Positions 6,891 through 13,651 of a DNA stretch of 32,083 nt are shown here, one piece after another. Under the pieces are notes generated by a model, which saw only the letters and a list, made by a program, of their open reading frames with translations, searched no databases and was not told the origin of the DNA. The translations under genes and the position numbers were made by a program. Origin of the DNA: Minisyncoccota bacterium (lineage in GTDB: Bacteria > Patescibacteriota > Minisyncoccia > Moranbacterales > GCA-2747515); NCBI GenBank assembly GCA_938044295.1, contig CALIRC010000010.1, forward strand, positions 1 through 32,083, read 5' to 3'. Each line of letters starts with the position of its first letter. Within the stretch, counting starts at the first letter, position 1.

Positions 6891-7675
6891 GTAAGAAGAA
6901 TCCACAAAATGAAACAGATCTCTGCACACGCGTAATGGATGAGATCACTCAGAAGAAAGTCGCACCAAAACCGCGGTGGTATTTTACGTTAAAAAATCTC
7001 TTTCTGTGGGCAACGGGTATTGGACTGCTATTAGTAGGAAGTCTGAGCGTCAGTATCATTATCTTTATCATTACTGGATCCCCATGGGAACTCCGTGCAT
7101 TCATGGGGGAAAGTCACCTAGGCTATTTAATGCAGTTTTTTCCATTTCTGTGGCTTGTCTCATTTATTGTTTTTCTCATGACAGCAGATTTCATCTTTTC
7201 AAGAACCAAAGGCACGTACAAGCATTCTGCCATCAAAGTTTCGTTGGTAATTCTCTTAGCAAGTATAGTCTTAGGGTCTCTCTTACACCTATGCAAAGTC
7301 TCAAAAATGACCGACCAGATCCTTGGTAAAAAAGCACCGAAACTCTACCAAACACTAGAAAAACGCAAAAACGGAGCTATGCACAGGCCAAAAAAAGGCC
7401 GTGTCATGGGTGTTGTGCAATCAGTCCATACAGATGGTAGCGTAAACAGAGAACACTTCATAATCGTCCATCCTGAGAAAGAAAAAGAGCTCACTATCTA
7501 TACACACGAATTGCCGCAAGAAAAATACGAGCTTGTACAAGTAGGCTCTAAACTGCTGATCATAGGAAAACCAGCAGAAAAAGGCGCCTTCCACGCTCAT
7601 GATATCCGCAACTTCGAAAAAATCCGCAAACACATCCGCAAGATGTTAAGAGAAAAAAAGACATTGCAGTATTAA
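6887..7675 (+). CDS. putative membrane anti-sigma factor
   Basis: The start overlaps the sigma stop (ATGA), implying translational coupling. It has a short cytoplasmic N-terminus, several TM helices, and a C-terminal beta-rich soluble domain. The function is inferred from context. Confidence 0.55.
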   Translation: MSKKNPQNETDLCTRVMDEITQKKVAPKPRWYFTLKNLFLWATGIGLLLVGSLSVSIIIFIITGSPWELRAFMGESHLGYLMQFFPFLWLVSFIVFLMTADFIFSRTKGTYKHSAIKVSLVILLASIVLGSLLHLCKVSKMTDQILGKKAPKLYQTLEKRKNGAMHRPKKGRVMGVVQSVHTDGSVNREHFIIVHPEKEKELTIYTHELPQEKYELVQVGSKLLIIGKPAEKGAFHAHDIRNFEKIRKHIRKMLREKKTLQY

Positions 7676-7701
7676 AAAAAACCTTTCCGCTGGAAAGGTT
7701 T
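7674..7701. terminator. bidirectional terminator
   Basis: AAAAAAACCTTTCCgctGGAAAGGTTTT. It gives U7 on the minus strand and U4 on the plus strand. Confidence 0.7.
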
Positions 7702-7731
7702 TCGTCCGTTGTGAAATACACACAACGGACG
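7701..7731. other. additional 12-bp perfect hairpin without a U-tract
   Basis: TCGTCCGTTGTGaaatacaCACAACGGACGA, directly abutting the terminator. Confidence 0.5.
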
Positions 7732-7753
7732 ACAAATAATAAAAAGTACTTGT

Positions 7754-8572
7754 TTAATGACCCCGCACTGCACCAATTGCAGTAAAAAAATCATTTGCAA
7801 TTTCATAGTACGCTTTTGCAAGCTCACGACCACCCTCTTTTGGGTCAGCACGTCTAGCGACGAAACTGAGACTCTTAAGTGCGATATCAATATTTCCGTC
7901 AATACCGCGATATTCAAAAGCTTCATGCAGCATTCTTTTAAGATGTCTCGTATCATTCTCTAAATGCTCAGCATAAAGAAATGCGTAGTGCAAGTCATAG
8001 GTTTTGCCTTCTGCAACAAATGCATGCATGCCAACTACCGCTGCTTCTAATTGCTGGTAACGGATTGTACGAAGACTAAATTCCTTTGAATGAAAAGCCT
8101 TGAGCATTACATTTTTTTTTGCAGCATACAAACGGCGAAGCTCCTGAGGGTCACTATAAAATGCTCGAAAATGCCCCTCAAGTGAAGCAGAAGATGCTTC
8201 TAATTGCGCTTGCAAAACTGTGCTTACTTTGCTCATCACCTGAAAGCGGCATCCATAAGAATATTTCCCAAGAATCGCCTTACAAAAGACATCATCTTCT
8301 ATAGAGCCGATGACATCAGTACGCCAGTTAGACAATATGAGCCATACATACTCATCAGAAAGAGTTTTTTCCGCAATCAAACGTGTCATAGCGTTCGTTG
8401 CATTTTCAACTAATTCTTCGTTTGATTTGGGCTGCGATATAACTATTCCTAGAAGGAATAAAAAGGTAAGTACTGCAATTAACACACGTGAAGAAAAAGA
8501 AGAAAAGGGGAGTAATTTCAAGAGATCAGAGAGGTCTCCATCATATCGATTCGACTTATTTGTAAGGTACAT
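7754..8572 (-). CDS. hypothetical membrane-anchored protein with a helical extracytoplasmic domain
   Basis: The track ORF 7754..8614 begins at a TTG. The ATG at 8572 is preceded by AGGAG at 6-nt spacing, so I call that start. One N-terminal TM helix; no family recognised. Confidence 0.65.
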   Translation of the reverse strand: MYLTNKSNRYDGDLSDLLKLLPFSSFSSRVLIAVLTFLFLLGIVISQPKSNEELVENATNAMTRLIAEKTLSDEYVWLILSNWRTDVIGSIEDDVFCKAILGKYSYGCRFQVMSKVSTVLQAQLEASSASLEGHFRAFYSDPQELRRLYAAKKNVMLKAFHSKEFSLRTIRYQQLEAAVVGMHAFVAEGKTYDLHYAFLYAEHLENDTRHLKRMLHEAFEYRGIDGNIDIALKSLSFVARRADPKEGGRELAKAYYEIANDFFTAIGAVRGH

Positions 8573-8623
8573 ACTGTACTCCTGGTGAAAGAAGGAAAAA
8601 AACTTGGAATCCAAGCTGAAAAT

Positions 8624-8652
8624 ATAATAGTATATTTCAAAGAAAAAGTCAA
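8624..8652 (-). promoter_or_regulatory. promoter TTGACT-17 nt-TATTAT on the reverse strand
   Basis: Plus-strand AGTCAA at 8647..8652 and ATAATA at 8624..8629. It lies between repeat copy 2 and the 8572 start. Confidence 0.6.
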
Positions 8653-8685
8653 GTAATTTGTCCGCGGATGTATGTATATAGTATT

Positions 8686-8802
8686 GGACTTACGCACGCG
8701 AATATAATTCTAGGCTAAATCAAGGCTTTCACGAGCCATAGTCTAATTATGGTGAGGAAAAACGTAGGTTTTAACGATAAAGTACACCAAATACGTAAGT
8801 CC
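8686..8802 (-). ncRNA. structured repeat element, copy 2 (117 nt, with an internal insertion of about 42 nt)
   Basis: Same termini and core as 2215..2289. The insertion, about 8735..8776, carries its own hairpin CCATAgtctaatTATGG. Confidence 0.5.
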
Positions 8803-8989
8803 TATAATCATAAAGCTGATATGTAAGCGAAAGTTGAGGTGAAAGAAAAATCTAAGAACAACGTACTAGAGAGTGTGGACACAAGAAGGATACTGAAATA
8901 CTCAAATCGCTACGCGAGCGAAATGATGGAAGACCTCAAGTATCATCTTTTATGTCCTGAGGTCACATCTTAAGTAAATAAGCTAATAT

Positions 8990-9601
8990 ATGAACAAAAA
9001 AGTAAAAAATCCAAAAATTGCAAAAGATCGTAAAAAGTATAGAAAACGCGTGATGATTGGTGGTGCTCTAGGTGTTGTATCTTTGGCAACTACAGGAATC
9101 GCAAATGCACATCTCGGGAACAACCCAGAGACGCGACAAGCAGTAAAAGCGGCATTTGAAGCCAAAAATTACAATGCCTTCATGGAAGCTGCAAAAGACA
9201 CAAAAATCATTGAAAAAATTGATACCCAAGAGAAATTTGATAAAGTCATCGAAGCGCATGTACTAAGAGAAGCAGGAGATCTCGAAGGAGCAAAAGCGAT
9301 CAAGCAAGAGCTCGGTCTCGATGGTCACGGTCACCGCGGAAAGAAAAATCCAGCAGCAAAAGCAGCTATAGAAGCAAATGACTATACTGCATTTCGCGAG
9401 GCTATAAATGGCGGAAAATTCAGTGAAAAGATTGACAGCGCAGAAAAATTTACCAAACTTGTAGAGGTGAACGAGCTCAGAGCTCAAGGCAAACACGAAG
9501 AAGCAAAAGTAATCATGAAAGAGCTAGGGTTTGAGAAATCAGGGCATGGAAAAAAAGGTCACCATCGCACACATACCAGAGGAACAACACAATCAGAATA
9601 A
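8990..9601 (+). CDS. secreted helical protein with two ~70-aa tandem repeats and His/Gly/Lys-rich spacers
   Basis: Signal-like N-terminus (VMIGGALGVVSLATTGIANA). Two repeats beginning NPETRQAVKAAFEAKNY and NPAAKAAIEANDY end in GHGHRGKK and SGHGKKGHHRTH respectively. Confidence 0.75.
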   Translation: MNKKVKNPKIAKDRKKYRKRVMIGGALGVVSLATTGIANAHLGNNPETRQAVKAAFEAKNYNAFMEAAKDTKIIEKIDTQEKFDKVIEAHVLREAGDLEGAKAIKQELGLDGHGHRGKKNPAAKAAIEANDYTAFREAINGGKFSEKIDSAEKFTKLVEVNELRAQGKHEEAKVIMKELGFEKSGHGKKGHHRTHTRGTTQSE

Positions 9602-9692
9602 GTAAAAAAGACACAACAGTCACAAAAAAATATGCCAAAAAATACCCGAGTCAAAAGTGTATGGTAAGTTACCAGAATCGATAGATGTAAAG

Positions 9693-9728
9693 CACACAAA
9701 ACAGGCCTCTGTAGCCTGTTTTGTGTTA
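9693..9728 (+). terminator. rho-independent terminator
   Basis: CACACAAAACAGGCctctgtaGCCTGTTTTGTGTT. Confidence 0.8.
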
Positions 9729-9929
9729 ATATAAAAATACTATGGGAAAAATACGAGACTACATAAGAGAAAAGTGTGCAGCAATACTGCTCAGAATCTT
9801 GTATTGGCTCGGATACGACGACAAAGGACACTAATGCACATACAGAAAGAAAAATGCATTGAGAAAGCCTTGATGAAATAAATATAGTTTGATAGGGTTT
9901 ATATGATCGTTCTACGAGGAGGGTAAACC

Positions 9930-10559
9930 ATGAAAGATGTAGATTTTTGGAAGTATGCCTTGAAGCATTTAAAGGATGAAAAAGTGCAATTGTGTTTTAA
10001 ACCTAATAAATTTTCATTGAGAGGTCTTCGTGCACTTAAAAACTCTGGTTTGCAGTGCAGCAAGCAAGCAGTAGGTGCTGTAGCAAAAGAATTGAAGAAG
10101 AAGAAACCAAATGCTTTATATTGCTGTCTGAATGTGCATAGTTGGGAAAATGTGTCAGATCAAGATTTGAACAGGATTATTGGATGTTGTCGCTCTATCC
10201 ATGGACATTCTTCAGAATTTCTACATTTTTCCGACGATCGCAAGGAAAGGATAAATGCAGGTAAGAATATCAGCAATAGGATTTTGCACTACAAAGACTG
10301 GGAAACAGTGGGTGAGTGGGGATACAGGTGTGCTATAGAGGTCACGTGCAATGATTTTGGGGCAATCGTTTTTGTGCTAACAGTGAGTCATAAAGATCGA
10401 TCTTCACAAGTAGAGGATATGATCGTGCAATTGGATAGTGTGACAAGAAAACTGACAAATTCCTATACGAGAACGGTGAATGAATGTGTATACCTGCCTA
10501 AAGTTGTAGAAATAGTCTTAGAGGTTATCGAGGCTAGAGAAAATAATAGGACTGTTTGA
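9930..10559 (+). CDS. hypothetical cytoplasmic protein, Cys/His-rich, no recognised family
   Basis: 209-aa ORF preceded by a strong Shine-Dalgarno sequence (GAGGAGGG, 7 nt before the ATG) and followed by a terminator. Confidence 0.7.
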   Translation: MKDVDFWKYALKHLKDEKVQLCFKPNKFSLRGLRALKNSGLQCSKQAVGAVAKELKKKKPNALYCCLNVHSWENVSDQDLNRIIGCCRSIHGHSSEFLHFSDDRKERINAGKNISNRILHYKDWETVGEWGYRCAIEVTCNDFGAIVFVLTVSHKDRSSQVEDMIVQLDSVTRKLTNSYTRTVNECVYLPKVVEIVLEVIEARENNRTV

Positions 10560-10621
10560 TTTTGCAAAAAAGTGAGTGTATGATTTCGATAAAGTAAGTA
10601 AGAATGAGTACACACGGTAAG

Positions 10622-10650
10622 ACTGCGTATGAAAATATTACGCAGTTTTT
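10622..10650 (+). terminator. rho-independent terminator
   Basis: ACTGCGTAtgaaaatatTACGCAGTTTTT. Confidence 0.8.
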
Positions 10651-10764
10651 AAATACTGAGCACTCATGTAAAATAGATCATCATTTTTATTTATGTTACA
10701 ATAATACTCGTAAAAGCAAATATGGAATGCTTATAAATCTTAAATGAAAGGGGGTGCACACATT

Positions 10765-11076
10765 ATGGAAGGATTCAAAAATTTTTTAGCAGAGCAAGGT
10801 GTAGTCGGTCTCGCAGTTGGCTTCATCCTCGGTGGAGCTGTGTCTGATCTTGTTGCGTCAATCGTTGAGAACATTCTCAATCCGCTGATAGGAATCGCAC
10901 TCGGTGATACAAACCTCGATGCAATGGATCTATCTCTCGGAGGTGAGGCTGTGTTGAGTTACGGAGCTGTATTAACCGTACTGATCAACTTCATCGTCAT
11001 TGCAGCGTTTGTCTACTGGGGTGTAAAAAAACTTGGACTCGACAAACTAGACAAAGAAAAACCAGAAGACGCATAA
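10765..11076 (+). CDS. mscL: large-conductance mechanosensitive channel MscL
   Basis: The N-terminal FKNFLAEQGVVGLAVGFILGGA signature, two TM helices and the size fit MscL. The ATG at 10765 follows AAAGGGGGTG; the track start at 10744 would include that SD. Confidence 0.85.
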   Translation: MEGFKNFLAEQGVVGLAVGFILGGAVSDLVASIVENILNPLIGIALGDTNLDAMDLSLGGEAVLSYGAVLTVLINFIVIAAFVYWGVKKLGLDKLDKEKPEDA

Positions 11077-11113
11077 GCAATAGATGTTATCATCTTTGTA
11101 TGCAAATTTCAAA

Positions 11114-11142
11114 ACTCGTCCACATGGGCGTGTTTTGTTTTT
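11114..11142 (+). terminator. rho-independent terminator of mscL
   Basis: ACTCGTCCacatGGGCGTGT followed by TTTGTTTTT, with one mismatch and one G-U pair. Confidence 0.65.
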
Positions 11143-11247
11143 AAAATACTTAAAAGTAGAGAGATTATAATAAAGAGGGTAAAGATTTATATTGCTATTA
11201 CATCACTATAAGAAAATGTGACACATCTTACAGGAAAAAATGAAGGG

Positions 11248-11276
11248 TTGACTTTTTCTAAGAGAGCTGCTATAAT
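11248..11276 (+). promoter_or_regulatory. consensus sigma70 promoter TTGACT-17 nt-TATAAT
   Basis: TTGACT at 11248..11253 and TATAAT at 11271..11276, with an exact 17-nt spacer. Confidence 0.65.
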
Positions 11277-11282
11277 GATCTT

Positions 11283-11378
11283 ACGATAAAGAACTGGGTG
11301 AAAATGTTTGATTAGAAAAAACATCTTCAAAAGTACAGAAGAAGAAAATTCTAAATGAGCATTTTGCTCATTTTTTTA
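11283..11378 (+). ncRNA. candidate orphan small RNA of about 95 nt
   Basis: Bounded by the consensus promoter and the terminator AAATGAGCattttGCTCATTTTTTT (11353..11378). Internal hairpins are ATGTTT/AAACAT and CTTC/GAAG. The longest ORF is 3 codons. Confidence 0.45.
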
Positions 11379-11949
11379 TTGTCTAAGTACATATTGTTCT
11401 ATCCATTAAAAAAGGGGGAGTGGTAGTCGAAGCTTATAAAGGATATTTAGGGAGCATTATGTACTGGAAGAGTACGTTAAAAAGTAAAACAAAAAGTTAT
11501 GTAACGTAAAGTATGGCGAAGCAATACAACTTACGACATGTAGTATGAGATTGCAGACTCAGTGCAATATCTAAACTGCCATACGCGCCTAGCGCAAGAG
11601 GAGAAAGATCAGGCAGATGGTAATTGTGAAAAGATACAAAAAGAACCATTGATCAATCCATAGGTACTTATAAGTACAAAGTAAGTATAATTGCCAATAA
11701 GCCCGGAGAGAATAAAATGTATTGCATACAGTCAGTGATACAAAAAAGAGAACTGGTTTGTATGTAAAAAGAATGCGCCCTGCACTTCGCATGACCTCAG
11801 TGTCATATGGAAGTCACAGGAATCGCGTGTTATAGAATGATTCGTACAATTTGTGTTCGTGTGCCAGGCAATGGCCAAAATAATTGTCACCTCATAAGCG
11901 TCAAGGACCTTATAGCAAGTCAGTATGCTAAGGATCGAAAAACGCCACA

Positions 11950-12000
11950 GGTGAGTGATGAACGAAACTTTGCTCGTTCTCACTCACCTCCTTCTTTTTA
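11950..12000. other. strong 15-bp hairpin with flanking pyrimidine/T tracts (terminator-like in either orientation)
   Basis: GGTGAGTGAtGAACGAaactttgcTCGTTCTCACTCACC followed by TCCTTCTTTTT. It lies inside the ORF-poor gap. Confidence 0.4.
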
Positions 12001-12272
12001 CTTCCTAAAGTAATATCGATAGGAAAGTTGTGAACGCAAAACATACAGTATGGCATCCTTCTCTGGTTGAATAGCAAGGTACAGTTTGGCATCAGAGATG
12101 ATCTCTGGCTACCGCTTGGTGGGTTTGCGACAATCGCAACTCTCCTTGTATTTTTTTTCAAAAACCGCGTCTACACACATGCTGTGGGGGAGCAGGTAAA
12201 ATCTACCGAGAAATAGTGTTAGAATAATATTGCGCGGTGTACAGGATCACTAAATTTATAATACAATGATAT

Positions 12273-13310
12273 ATGTCTCTAATAACACTCAGACAATTAC
12301 TAGATCACGCAGCAAAAGAAACCTATGCAGTACCAGCATTCAACGTGAATAACCTCGAGCAAGTACAAGCTGTTATGGAGGCAGCTGATGAATGTGATGC
12401 ACCTGTAATCATGGCAGCTTCTTCAGGAGCGAGGGATTATGCAGGGAATGAATTTCTTACGGGACTCATGCGTGCAGCAATAGAAACATATCCGCATATC
12501 CCTGTATGCACGCATCAAGACCATGGACTCTCACCAGAAATGTGCAAAAGCGCAATCGATCTCGGATTTTCATCAGCAATGATGGATGGATCACTCATGC
12601 CAGATCACAAAACACCATCAACCGAACAATACAATGTAAAAGTAACGAAAGAGGTAGTAGAGTACGCACACAAACGCGGTGCTAGTGTAGAGGGAGAGAT
12701 TGGTGTTCTAGGTTCACTCGAAACGCTTATTGCTGGCAAAGAAGACGGAGTAGGCGCCGAAGGTGAGCTCAATGAAGATATGCTTCTGACAAGCGTGGAG
12801 CAAGCGAGAGATTTCGCACAAGAGACAGGCGTAGATGCACTCGCCATCGCCATCGGTACGTCACATGGTGCCTACAAATTCAAAAAACCACCAACGGGTA
12901 AGGTGCTGCGGATTGACAGGCTAAAAGAAATACACGAAGCACTGCCACAGACACATCTCGTCATGCACGGCTCATCAAGTGTGCCACAAGATTGGCTTAA
13001 AACAATTAACGATCATGGTGGTGCAATGCCACAAACCTATGGTGTACCAGTAGAAGAAATTCAAGAAGGTATTGAGCATGGTGTGAGAAAAGTAAATGTA
13101 GACACTGATCTTCGCATGGCCTCAACTGGAGCCATACGCAAATACTTCCACGATGCGCCAGAACAGTTTGATCCCCGGAAATATTTAAAACAAGCGAAAG
13201 AAGCTATGAAAGCAATCTGTATCCAACGTTACAAAGAATTTGGCACTGCAGGTAACGCAAGTAAAATCACACCAGAATCATTAGATGATATGAAATCATT
13301 GTATAAATAA
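12273..13310 (+). CDS. fba: class II fructose-bisphosphate aldolase
   Basis: Full-length match to the class II FBA pattern: [32 protein letters not shown]. Confidence 0.9.
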   Translation: MSLITLRQLLDHAAKETYAVPAFNVNNLEQVQAVMEAADECDAPVIMAASSGARDYAGNEFLTGLMRAAIETYPHIPVCTHQDHGLSPEMCKSAIDLGFSSAMMDGSLMPDHKTPSTEQYNVKVTKEVVEYAHKRGASVEGEIGVLGSLETLIAGKEDGVGAEGELNEDMLLTSVEQARDFAQETGVDALAIAIGTSHGAYKFKKPPTGKVLRIDRLKEIHEALPQTHLVMHGSSSVPQDWLKTINDHGGAMPQTYGVPVEEIQEGIEHGVRKVNVDTDLRMASTGAIRKYFHDAPEQFDPRKYLKQAKEAMKAICIQRYKEFGTAGNASKITPESLDDMKSLYK

Positions 13311-13319
13311 GAGAATCCA

Positions 13320-13526
13320 ATGGACGCGCAAGAACTCAAAAAACGACTCGACGCCCAAGATGCTAAATTAGAAAGCATAGGAAAAGAGGTGCACAAAATT
13401 AAACAATTCTTCCTGTGGTCATTTATCGCAACAATCGTAACATTTGTTTTGCCACTGATTCTTGCTGTGGTTCTAGTACCAATCTTGATAAAACCTTACC
13501 TCAGTTCTCTCGAAGGTTTGATATAG
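13320..13526 (+). CDS. small tail-anchored membrane protein, hypothetical
   Basis: 68-aa ORF starting 10 nt after fba. It has a coiled N-terminal half followed by one long hydrophobic segment. Confidence 0.55.
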   Translation: MDAQELKKRLDAQDAKLESIGKEVHKIKQFFLWSFIATIVTFVLPLILAVVLVPILIKPYLSSLEGLI

Positions 13527-13651
13527 CTAAGATCAAAAGATAAATCTGTTGATAAGTATTATAAAACACTCATAAAAAATTTGTTTTTTCATGGAGCCTG
13601 TTTTACAATAAGAATATACACATACCTTTTGGTTGAAACAAGAAAACGAAA

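Noticed and set aside
11414-11430. GGGGGAGTGGTAGTCGA, which resembles the T-box antiterminator sequence (GGGTGGTACCGCG).
   Set aside because: It lies downstream of the terminator rather than upstream. There is no Stem I or specifier architecture, and the downstream gene (fba) is not an aminoacyl-tRNA-related gene.
11511-11584. A 74-nt segment closed by a 7-bp stem (GTATGGC...GCCATAC) with an internal 6-bp hairpin and 7-nt loop, superficially of tRNA size.
   Set aside because: Neither strand yields a D-arm or a T-arm, and there is no GTTCRANYC-like loop. On the minus strand the anticodon-like loop has a pyrimidine at position 37. It is not a tRNA and is kept only as part of the gap description.
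11699-11710. AAGCCCGGAGAG (minus strand CUCUCCGGGCUUAUUGG) resembles the 3' strand of RNase P RNA helix P4. GAGGAAGTCC at 20607..20616 resembles the 5' strand.
   Set aside because: The two fragments are 9 kb apart. No complementary CCGGRCTT partner exists within the gap, and the other universally conserved RNase P blocks are absent.
11077-12272. Possibility that the long gap is a replication origin.
   Set aside because: I found no TTATCCACA-type DnaA boxes or clustered variants, no adjacent dnaA/dnaN, and no obvious AT-rich 13-mer array.
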